A stretch of 64,000 nt of DNA, taken from the NCBI GenBank assembly GCA_041752695.1, contig JBGSVZ010000009.1, forward strand, positions 76,984-140,983, given 5' to 3'. The translations under genes and the position numbers were made by a program. Of this stretch, positions 28,132 through 36,053 are shown piece after piece. The stretch comes from Terrimicrobiaceae bacterium (GTDB taxonomy: Bacteria > Verrucomicrobiota > Verrucomicrobiia > Chthoniobacterales > Terrimicrobiaceae). The notes below the pieces were generated by a model. The model saw only the letters and a list, made by a program, of their open reading frames with translations. It was not told the origin of the DNA and ran no database searches. Within the stretch, counting starts at the first letter, position 1, and every line of letters begins with the position of its first letter.

Positions 28132-30723
28132 ATGGCAGCCCAACGCAAGCAATTTCCCTTTCCCGAATTCGAAACCCGGTGGCAGTCCCGCTGGCTCGAA
28201 GACGGCGCCTTCCGCGCGCCCAATCCGGGCGAAACCGGTTTCGATCCCGCCAAACCGAAATATTACGTGCTCGACATGTTTCCCTACCCGAGCGGCGAAG
28301 GGCTGCACGTCGGACACGTCGAAGGGTACACCGCGACGGACATCATCGCGCGCTTCAAACGCATGCGCGGGTTTAACGTGCTGCACCCCATGGGCTGGGA
28401 CGCGTTCGGGTTGCCAGCCGAACAATTTGCCATCAAAACCGGCCAGCATCCGCGAGAAACCACTGCTCGAAACATTGCCCGCTTCAAGGCGCAACTTCAG
28501 GCGCTGGGGTTCAGTTACGACTGGTCGCGCGAGGTCAGCACGACGGATCCCGGATATTTTCGCTGGACGCAGTGGATTTTCCTCCAGCTCTACAATTCGT
28601 GGCACAACCCCACGACGAAAAAAATCGAGCCGATCAGCACCTATCCCGGAAGCGAACCCGACAAGGTGCGTCTCGCTTATGTGGCGGAGATGCCGGTGAA
28701 CTGGTGCCCTGCCCTCGGCACCGTGCTGGCCAACGAAGAGGTCATCGACGGCAAAAGCGAAGTCGGCGGACATCCGGTGGAACGCCGTCCCCTGCGCCAG
28801 TGGATGCTGCGCATCACCGCCCTGGCCGAGCGCCTCATCTCCGAACTCGATGGCCTCGACTGGCCCGAAGGCATCAAGCTGCTCCAGAAAAATTGGATCG
28901 GACGCTCCGAGGGCGCGATGGTGAAATTTTCCATCTTCAATTCGCGGTTTCCGGTGGAGGTTTTCACCACCCGGCCGGACACCCTTTTCGGCGCAACCTA
29001 CATGGTGCTCTCGCCCGAACACCCCATGGTCCCGCAGATCACTTCGGCCGCCCAGCGCGCCGCCGTGGAAGATTACCAAAAGCAGGTTGGTTCGAAGTCT
29101 GACCTGGAGCGCACCGAACTGGCCAAGGACAAAACCGGCGTCTTCACCGGCGCGTTTGCGGTCAATCCCGTCAACGGCGAACTCCTGCCCGTCTGGATCG
29201 CCGACTACGTCCTGATGGGCTACGGCACGGGCGCAATCATGGCCGTGCCGGCGCACGATCAACGGGACTTCGAGTTTGCCACCAAGTTTAAACTGAAAAT
29301 CCGCCAGGTCGTTCAACCTCCAGACGGAGAAAACTGGCAGGGGTTCACCGGCGACGGCAAGGCCGTGAACTCGCAATTCCTCGACGGCCTCTCCACCACC
29401 GAGGCGAAGAAAAAAATCACCGCGTGGTTGAAGGAAAAAGGTCTCGGCCAGGGGACTATCAACTACAAGTTGCGCGACTGGCTTTTCTCGCGCCAGCGGT
29501 ATTGGGGCGAACCCTTCCCCATCATCTGGGAGGCCAACGAAAACGGCAAACTCAAACACCGTGCCCTCGATGAGAAGGAGCTGCCCGTGGTCCAGCCGGA
29601 CATGGACGATTTCAAACCCACCGGCACGGCCGAGCCGCCCCTGTCCAAAGCGACCGAGTGGCTGAAGTATTCCGAAAAGGCGACTCGCGAAACCAACACC
29701 ATGCCGCAATGGGCCGGCTCGTGCTGGTATTACCTGCGTTTTTGCGATCCGAAAAACAGCGAACGATTCATCAGCAAGGACGCCGAGAGTTTCTGGATGA
29801 CCGGCGAACTCCAAACTTCGAAATCCCAACTCCGAATTCGCGGCGGCGTGGACCTCTACGTCGGCGGCACCGAACACGCGGTGCTCCATCTGCTCTACGC
29901 GCGCTTCTGGCATAAAGTGCTCTTCGATCTCGGCCATCTCACCACGCCGGAGCCGTTCCAGCGCCTGGTCAATCAGGGCATCATCCTCGGCCCGGACAAT
30001 CAGAAGATGTCCAAGAGCCGCGGCAATGTTGTGACGCCCGACACCGTGATCGAAGAATACGGCGCGGATTCGCTGCGGCTTTACGAAATGTTCATGGGCC
30101 CGCTCGAGCAGATGAAACCCTGGAGCATGAAGGGCGTCGAAGGCGTCTATCGCTTCCTCGGCCGCGTCTGGCGTCTGGCCATGGAAGAGACCCAGGAAGG
30201 GGATTGGAAAATTTCGCCCGACCTGAAGGAGATCGATCTCACCCCGGAACAACTCCGCGTGGCCCATGCCACGATCAAGAAGGTCACGTCCGATGTGGAA
30301 GACTTTGCCTTCAACACGGCAATCTCGCAGATGATGGTTTTCACCAACGAATTCGTCAAAACCACCCCGCGTCCTGTCGCCGCGCTGAAGATCCTGTTGC
30401 CCTTGCTCTCGCCCTTTGCCCCGCATCTGGCGGAGGAACTCTGGGAGAACCTCGGCAAAAAATTCCCCGACTTCAAAGGCCGCGCCTCGGCCCAGCCCTG
30501 GCCCGTCCACGACGAAAAACATCTCCTCGTCGAGGAGGTGGAGTTGATCGTTCAGGTCAACGGCAAGCTGCGCGACCGCCTCAAAGCTAAACGCGATGCG
30601 GCCGACGCGGAACTCGAAAAACTCGCCCTCGCCTCTCCCAAGGTGCAGGAGGCCACCACGGGTAAAGAGGTGGTGAAGGTCATCGTGATCAAGGGCAAGT
30701 TGATCAATATCGTGGTGAAGTAG
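28132..30723 (+). CDS. leuS: Leucine--tRNA ligase
   Basis: [44 protein letters not shown] and VQVNGKLR. Confidence 0.99.
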   Translation: MAAQRKQFPFPEFETRWQSRWLEDGAFRAPNPGETGFDPAKPKYYVLDMFPYPSGEGLHVGHVEGYTATDIIARFKRMRGFNVLHPMGWDAFGLPAEQFAIKTGQHPRETTARNIARFKAQLQALGFSYDWSREVSTTDPGYFRWTQWIFLQLYNSWHNPTTKKIEPISTYPGSEPDKVRLAYVAEMPVNWCPALGTVLANEEVIDGKSEVGGHPVERRPLRQWMLRITALAERLISELDGLDWPEGIKLLQKNWIGRSEGAMVKFSIFNSRFPVEVFTTRPDTLFGATYMVLSPEHPMVPQITSAAQRAAVEDYQKQVGSKSDLERTELAKDKTGVFTGAFAVNPVNGELLPVWIADYVLMGYGTGAIMAVPAHDQRDFEFATKFKLKIRQVVQPPDGENWQGFTGDGKAVNSQFLDGLSTTEAKKKITAWLKEKGLGQGTINYKLRDWLFSRQRYWGEPFPIIWEANENGKLKHRALDEKELPVVQPDMDDFKPTGTAEPPLSKATEWLKYSEKATRETNTMPQWAGSCWYYLRFCDPKNSERFISKDAESFWMTGELQTSKSQLRIRGGVDLYVGGTEHAVLHLLYARFWHKVLFDLGHLTTPEPFQRLVNQGIILGPDNQKMSKSRGNVVTPDTVIEEYGADSLRLYEMFMGPLEQMKPWSMKGVEGVYRFLGRVWRLAMEETQEGDWKISPDLKEIDLTPEQLRVAHATIKKVTSDVEDFAFNTAISQMMVFTNEFVKTTPRPVAALKILLPLLSPFAPHLAEELWENLGKKFPDFKGRASAQPWPVHDEKHLLVEEVELIVQVNGKLRDRLKAKRDAADAELEKLALASPKVQEATTGKEVVKVIVIKGKLINIVVK
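29807..29841 (+). repeat. Heptamer tandem array inside leuS
   Basis: aactcca aacttcg aaatccc aactccg aattcgc, encoding part of [12 protein letters not shown] between FWM and GGVDLYVGG. Confidence 0.65.
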
Positions 30724-30734
30724 CGAGGTTCCCT

Positions 30735-30934
30735 GGCCCAAAGGGTCGGAATTCTATAGCCCGGCTCGAAGGGCCGGGTTCTCGAAATCCGGGTCATTCG
30801 CGGCCTGAAAGGTTGCGATTCCAAGTTGATCTCGGGCACGGCACGGAATCGCGGCCTTTCAGGCCGCATCGTTTCTTCCTCCGGTAAACCCGGCCCTTCG
30901 AGCCGGGCTGTGGAATCTCCGCGCACTTCGGCGC
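30735..30934. repeat. Nested palindromic element (MITE/REP-like), copy A
   Basis: 30751-30780 is the reverse complement of 30887-30916 (28/30), and 30800-30822 of 30845-30867 (21/23); each arm is itself a small hairpin. Confidence 0.85.
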
Positions 30935-30960
30935 TTTGCTTTTGCTGTCAACCTGCCACA

Positions 30961-31025
30961 GGCGCTTCAGGGCACGTTGCCATTTCACTCCACAAACCCA
31001 GGGCATCCTTCGAAGCTCTGGGCTT
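30961..31025. repeat. Degenerate right half of the same nested palindrome family
   Basis: gcgcttcagggc...aaacccagggcatccttcgaagctctgggct parallels gcctttcaggcc...aacccggcccttcgagccgggct. Confidence 0.5.
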
Positions 31026-31053
31026 TCCGACGATACCCCATTTGCGCAAAAGC

Positions 31054-32472
31054 TCAGTACAACTGCAGCTTCTTCCGCTCCGCTGACGCGGCGGGAGATT
31101 CAGGAGCCTCCGCTTTCTCGACCTCCGGCCAGTCGAGCAGCGCTTCTTTTTCCCGTTCGAATAATTCGTCAATGACCACCTTGGCGGTGGCGATGGAGTT
31201 CACCAACGGGTCGATGGAAAGCGCCCGCACGAGCAAATTGCGGTCACGCCGCATGATGGCCTCGATGGTCAGTTCGTGGATGTCGAGGATCAGGTATTGC
31301 AAGTATCGCAGGCCGAGCGGGAAATCGCCAACCGGAAGCGGACGGGGACCATTGCGGTCCAGGCGGCATTCCAATTCCAAAAACGCATCCTCGGGCAGAT
31401 TGCCCACGGCTTTTCCGCCCTCCACGCCATCGCGGTTGGCGGTGTTGATGTAATACGAACGCCCGTCCTCGATCACCATCGTCTGGATCAGGTCGGTCGC
31501 ATGGTCGGATTTGATGGTGGAGTGAAATTCCGACATCGGCGTTTTCCCCGAAACGAAGTCGTCAATTTCTTCCCAGACGCGATTCGTCCAGCGGTCACGC
31601 GCATCACAATCAAAGACCGAAAGCGGAGGAATGCGTTCCTGAATAGCCGCGCGGCCCTGATAAAAAGGCACGTACTCCTTAGTGTGTCCGGTGCATGTGG
31701 GTATGGCACCAAAGAGGTCCGCCAGTTGGGCGGTGATGAAGTTATTAAAGCGCCCCTTGGCGTCCCCCACGTCGGTGTCGGCAAGCCCACTCTGATAAAA
31801 CGCGTCGCGAATTCGCGGCATCACATCCTTCCCGTTCAACTCGGCCTTGAGCATCCAGGTGAAATGATTCACCCCGGCGATGCGCAGGTCGAAGCTGGGC
31901 ATTTGCGAAAGGTCTTCGCCAATAAACTCCAGGTAACTCTGTTTTTTGCCCGGCATGTGATGCGTATCGCAGAGGGCAATGCTCTTCGCTTTGGAATGCC
32001 GCATGAGCCCGATGCCCATGGTCGCGGAGGGATTCACGTAGTTGATCAACCAGGCATCCGGGCAGATCTCCTCCACCGCATGCGCGATCTCCAGAATGGC
32101 GGGAAACTCCCGCATCGCGTGAAAAACGCCCGCCGGTCCGATGGTGTCGCCCGAGCAGGACCGGATGCCGTATTTCGCCCCGACCTCACATTCGATGCGG
32201 CGGTAATGGGTGTTGTCCTTGGAAAAACTCAGCACGACAAAATCCGCGCCGCGCAGGGCCTGACGGTAGTCGTCGGTGGCCTCCACACGCACGCCCGCCT
32301 CCGCCGTGGCAAGGTGGGCGAGTTTGGTCAATTTTTCCAGGCGGTCGGGATTGATGTCCACCAGACTGAGCGTGCATCCGCGCAATCCGGCCAGATGCGC
32401 GGCGGACCAGATGGCCTGGCGTCCAAAGAAAAGACTGCCGGCTCCGATGATGACGATTTTGGGAGGTTTCAT
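31054..32472 (-). CDS. Glycoside hydrolase family 4 (NAD-dependent alpha-galactosidase/glucosidase type)
   Basis: IIGAGS, GDTIGPAG, INYVNP, ALCD, GVNHF and DPLV. Confidence 0.92.
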   Translation of the reverse strand: MKPPKIVIIGAGSLFFGRQAIWSAAHLAGLRGCTLSLVDINPDRLEKLTKLAHLATAEAGVRVEATDDYRQALRGADFVVLSFSKDNTHYRRIECEVGAKYGIRSCSGDTIGPAGVFHAMREFPAILEIAHAVEEICPDAWLINYVNPSATMGIGLMRHSKAKSIALCDTHHMPGKKQSYLEFIGEDLSQMPSFDLRIAGVNHFTWMLKAELNGKDVMPRIRDAFYQSGLADTDVGDAKGRFNNFITAQLADLFGAIPTCTGHTKEYVPFYQGRAAIQERIPPLSVFDCDARDRWTNRVWEEIDDFVSGKTPMSEFHSTIKSDHATDLIQTMVIEDGRSYYINTANRDGVEGGKAVGNLPEDAFLELECRLDRNGPRPLPVGDFPLGLRYLQYLILDIHELTIEAIMRRDRNLLVRALSIDPLVNSIATAKVVIDELFEREKEALLDWPEVEKAEAPESPAASAERKKLQLY

Positions 32473-32552
32473 GAGTATGTTGCGGGTGTTTTTCGAGATT
32501 ATGACCCCGCGAAGCTTTTCAACAGAGGAGTGATGTCGTAATAGCAGGACAA

Positions 32553-33398
32553 ATGTTGCCCCTTCCCAGAATCGCCATCTATCGATTCAACCGACAGCCG
32601 ATGCCCTACCTACCGCTCGCGGTGCGCTCGGTGGGAGAGTACGAACTGCTGCGCGGGAGGGCGCCGGATCCCGCCCAGCACAAATGGTTTACAGAAATCT
32701 TCTGGTCGGAATCCGGGGTCGGGGAATTTCATTTCGCAAAACGCCGGGTGACGGTGCGCGACCAGGAGATTTTCTTTCTTCTGCCGGGCGAACTCCACGA
32801 CATCCGGCCTCTGAGTCGGCGCTGGAAATACCATTGGTTCACCCTGGACCATCCGGACAGTCGCCAGTGGGTGGAAGCCATGGGGCTGCTCGCCCGGCCG
32901 TTGCCCGCGAGATTATGTCCGGTGGCCCTTTTTCGAAAACTGCAGAAAGCCGTCAGCCTGGGCACGGTGGCCGGGGACCGCGACGCGGCCCACCTCGCGC
33001 ACAACCTCCTTCTCGCCGCCCGGGAAGGAAGCCTCGCGGCCTACGCGGAAAATCGTCCGCCTTGGATCGAGCAATGCCGACGAAAAATCGATGAAGACTA
33101 TGCAAATCCGCAGTTGAACGTCACGGCCATTGCCCGCAGCATGAAGATTCATCGTGCCACGCTGTTCCGCGCCTTTGTCGCCGCGTATGGCATGACCCCT
33201 TCGCACTATTTGCAAAGCCGCCGCATACACCACGCCATGGAGCAACTCAAACACACGGACATCCCGATCAAGGAAGTCGCCGGCCGCGTGGGACTCAACG
33301 ACGCCAACTACCTCGCCCGCCTCCTGGGAAGGATTTGCGGCCTCTCCCCGAAAGAGTTCCGCGCCACGCATCGTCAGGCTCCTGCCGCTGAGACATGA
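32553..33398 (+). CDS. AraC-family transcriptional regulator
   Basis: Cupin-like N-terminus; C-terminal double HTH IKEVAGRVGLNDANYLAR...GLSPKEFR; divergent from GH4. Confidence 0.93.
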   Translation: MLPLPRIAIYRFNRQPMPYLPLAVRSVGEYELLRGRAPDPAQHKWFTEIFWSESGVGEFHFAKRRVTVRDQEIFFLLPGELHDIRPLSRRWKYHWFTLDHPDSRQWVEAMGLLARPLPARLCPVALFRKLQKAVSLGTVAGDRDAAHLAHNLLLAAREGSLAAYAENRPPWIEQCRRKIDEDYANPQLNVTAIARSMKIHRATLFRAFVAAYGMTPSHYLQSRRIHHAMEQLKHTDIPIKEVAGRVGLNDANYLARLLGRICGLSPKEFRATHRQAPAAET

Positions 33399-33433
33399 CT
33401 TGCGCCTGGCCGGGGGCGTGCGAAGAGTCCCCC

Positions 33434-34084
33434 ATGTTTCGCCACCGCTCAACCGCCTTCTCACTCATTGAGATGCTCGTCGCGCTGGCCATCGTTGCCG
33501 TCCTGCTGGTCCTGGGCATCGGCGCCAGCCGCCAGACCCTCGCGGGAGCGGAGAGAGTCGATTCGCTGGCCCGGCTGCGTTCGGTGGGTCAGGCCATCCT
33601 TTCCTATGCCGGAGAACACGACCACCAACTCCCCGGACCGCTCTGGCCGGGACAGGTGATGTTTTACGATCCCATCGAAACCGGCCGCCTGGTCGTCCGG
33701 CTCGCCCCGTATCTGGACGTCGAGCAACGCGAGACTCCCTATCTGGTGGACCGAATGATCCCCAAAGCCTACCGGCGCAATGCCACGGCCAGTGCCTTGA
33801 AAGACGTTCGGGTCTATGTTATGAATTCAGAAATCCTTCTCGACGGTCAGACCAACCGGCCATTCGGCTCTCTCACCGCCAGCCCGCCGTTGGAACCCAT
33901 GCGGCTCGCCGCGCTCGACCGGCTTCCGGAAAACGAACGCTGGATGGTCAGCGAAACCGACCAGCTTCACTCCAGCGTGAGTGGGGCCCCATGGAAGGCC
34001 AGCACCCCACCGCTACCCGTTCACGAGGGATTCCGCGCGTCGGTGAACTTCGACGGCTCCGCTCAGGTTGTGCCGGTGCGGTAA
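33434..34084 (+). CDS. Prepilin-type N-terminal cleavage/methylation protein with H-X9-DG-like C-terminus
   Basis: AFSLIEMLVALAIVAVL and C-terminal HEGFRASVNFDGS. Confidence 0.88.
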   Translation: MFRHRSTAFSLIEMLVALAIVAVLLVLGIGASRQTLAGAERVDSLARLRSVGQAILSYAGEHDHQLPGPLWPGQVMFYDPIETGRLVVRLAPYLDVEQRETPYLVDRMIPKAYRRNATASALKDVRVYVMNSEILLDGQTNRPFGSLTASPPLEPMRLAALDRLPENERWMVSETDQLHSSVSGAPWKASTPPLPVHEGFRASVNFDGSAQVVPVR

Positions 34085-34142
34085 AGCAACTCCTTCCAAC
34101 GAGAGGTCCGGGGTTTTTGATTTGGGCCGCAAACTGTCCATC

Positions 34143-34212
34143 GTTGGAGTTCACGCTTCAGCGTGCGGACGCTCGCAGAAACAGCCCCGCCTACGCGGGA
34201 CTGGACTCCAAC
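34143..34212. repeat. GGAG-type REP doublet, copy 3 (contains the stop codon of the alkylation-repair gene)
   Basis: gttggagttcacgcttcagcgtg + 15 nt + acagccccgcctacgcgggactggactccaac. Confidence 0.9.
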
Positions 34213-35297
34213 CAAAACCCGCCTTCCGCAAAGACCGCGCCGTTTACCATCACCTCCACCCGGTGATGGCCGGCATGGTGTTTTCGCGTCGTAAAGTCTT
34301 TCAGGACCTGACTTTTTTTGAGCACGACCGTTTCGCCGGGAGCGACCTGGATTTCTTTCCCCTTAAAAACTTTGGCCGAAGAGCCACCCGCTTTTTTCAC
34401 ATAATGAATGGCATAATCGACGACCAGCTTCTGCGGCGATTTTGCGGTGGAGACAAATTCATAAGACAAAGTGAGTCGCTCTCCCAGGCGGAGGCGTTTG
34501 GGCGAAACCGCAAAGGCCTTGGTGCGCCCCTCCGCCGCCCGCCCCGCGCCAATCACCGCCAGGGCACGCCGGTCGCCCGATTTAATCAAGGTCCGCAGGG
34601 CGCGTTTCGCGATCCAGGCCGTGTGGGCATTTTCCAGGTCCCATCGTTCGATCCGGTCGAGCACCCAAGCCGGGTGGTCTTTCGTGATGTCGTTAAGGTG
34701 ATTGGCCACGGATTTTCGCACATAGAGGCTGGGATCGACTTTCAAGTTTTCGAGGATCTTCGCGGTGGGCGAAGGATCTTCAATCAGCGCGTCCAGACGG
34801 AACGACCACGGCAAACGCGGACGGCACCCTTCGCTCGCCAGACGACGCACGTCTTCGCTTTCGTCACGCGACCAGCCTTCCATCACCTTGAGAGTGCGGC
34901 GGAGATCCTGCCGCAAGTAGGGACGAATGCCGAATTCTGAGGAGCCGAAGGACGTGAAAAATTTCAGGGCATCGAGGGAGAGAGTAAAATCGCCCAGTCC
35001 GTAAAGGCCGACAAAATCCGGTAGAAAGAGCGAAACGAATCCCCGTTCCGTGCGAGGCGCGAGTTGGCGAAGGACAGCAAGGGCTTTCGCATAATCCTGC
35101 GGCAGGGTGGCCCGCAATCCTTCTGTCACACGCCGCAGACGCTGGAGCAAATTGAGTCCATCGAGGTCCGGGAGGGTCAATGCGAGGAATTTCTTCTGAT
35201 CAAACCGCGAATACACCGCCGCCGTATCCTTGGCGATTCGCCGGTAGCGCGCGCCGTTGAACATTTCCTTCAGGGCGGGGTACTCGGAGTCAGCCAT
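34191..35297 (-). CDS. DNA alkylation repair protein (HEAT-repeat, AlkC/AlkD-like) with C-terminal beta domain
   Basis: SSEFGIRPYL, VRRLASEGCRPRLPW, YVRKSVANHLNDITKDHP and KDFTTRKHHAG. Start reset to ATG 35297. Confidence 0.9.
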   Translation of the reverse strand: MADSEYPALKEMFNGARYRRIAKDTAAVYSRFDQKKFLALTLPDLDGLNLLQRLRRVTEGLRATLPQDYAKALAVLRQLAPRTERGFVSLFLPDFVGLYGLGDFTLSLDALKFFTSFGSSEFGIRPYLRQDLRRTLKVMEGWSRDESEDVRRLASEGCRPRLPWSFRLDALIEDPSPTAKILENLKVDPSLYVRKSVANHLNDITKDHPAWVLDRIERWDLENAHTAWIAKRALRTLIKSGDRRALAVIGAGRAAEGRTKAFAVSPKRLRLGERLTLSYEFVSTAKSPQKLVVDYAIHYVKKAGGSSAKVFKGKEIQVAPGETVVLKKSQVLKDFTTRKHHAGHHRVEVMVNGAVFAEGGFWLESSPA

Positions 35298-35328
35298 ACA
35301 AAACCCGACGATCCAACGAAACAGGACC

Positions 35329-35383
35329 GTTGGAGTCCAGCCTTTAGGCTGCTTCCGGAGCACGCTGAAGCGTGAACTCCAAC
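35329..35383. repeat. GGAG-type REP doublet, copy 4 (abuts the RAYT stop codon)
   Basis: gttggagtccagcctttaggctg + 9 nt + cacgctgaagcgtgaactccaac; the next base is the RAYT TAA. Confidence 0.93.
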
Positions 35384-35983
35384 TTAGTCGTCCCAGCCTT
35401 TCCCGTAGTCCTTGATGGGAAATTCCTTCCATAGCCTCTCCACTTCAGCGCGGCCGGATTTTTCCAGAAAACCCGCCGAGCTCGAAAAAGGCCAATCCTG
35501 CCACTTTTTCACCCACCCGTGTTTCACGGGATTGTGATGGATGTAATTGAGCGTCGCCCAGAAATGCCGCTCGGACTTCATCGCCGTCTCCGCGGCCCCG
35601 CACCAAACCTTTCGGCCTCGCAGACCGTCCTCGCCATTCCAACGAAAAGAGGTCCGTCCGTGCAGTCTTGCCAAAGCACGAAGAACGACCAACGGATCTT
35701 CAGTCGTCGCAAGAAAATGGTAATGATTCGGGAGAACCACCCAGGCGTGAACGTCCTTGGTGCTATCCTCGACCACGGAAAGCAAGTGATCCTCAAACTC
35801 CGCAAGTCGTTGCCTCGACGCCCCAATGACCGGCTGATGCTCAAAACACGCCGCCGTGAAAAGGTAACGCTCCGTCCGGTCGCTCCGCCAGTGCGGCGGG
35901 CTGTGCCAGGGCCTCTTCTGCAATTTGCGCTGCGCCAGCATATCGCGACGCAACGTTTCCGACATTTGACGCCAAGCATACAT
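35384..35983 (-). mobile_element. REP-associated tyrosine transposase (RAYT/TnpA-REP, Y1 HUH endonuclease)
   Basis: YLFTAAC, HUH motif AWVVLPNHYH and catalytic YIHHNPVKHG...WPFSS; flanked on both sides by REP doublets. Confidence 0.93.
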
Positions 35984-36053
35984 GTTGGAGTTCACGCTTT
36001 AGCGTGTCCCCCGCCCGCCGAACAGTCCCACCTACGCGGGACTGGACTCCAAC
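35984..36053. repeat. GGAG-type REP doublet, copy 5 (abuts the RAYT ATG, contains the alaS stop)
   Basis: gttggagttcacgctttagcgtg + 15 nt + acagtcccacctacgcgggactggactccaac. Confidence 0.93.

Noticed and set aside
27568..30741. 1057-aa minus-strand ORF
   Set aside because: Antisense shadow of leuS, typical of high-GC codon bias; no recognisable motifs.
35298..35432. N-terminal extension of the alkylation-repair ORF given in the ORF track
   Set aside because: It runs through REP copy 4 and the RAYT 3' end; the family-like sequence starts at ATG 35297.
35384..35983. IS200/IS605 insertion sequence with TnpB
   Set aside because: No tnpB and no distinct IS ends; flanks are the dispersed REP family and the motifs fit RAYT.
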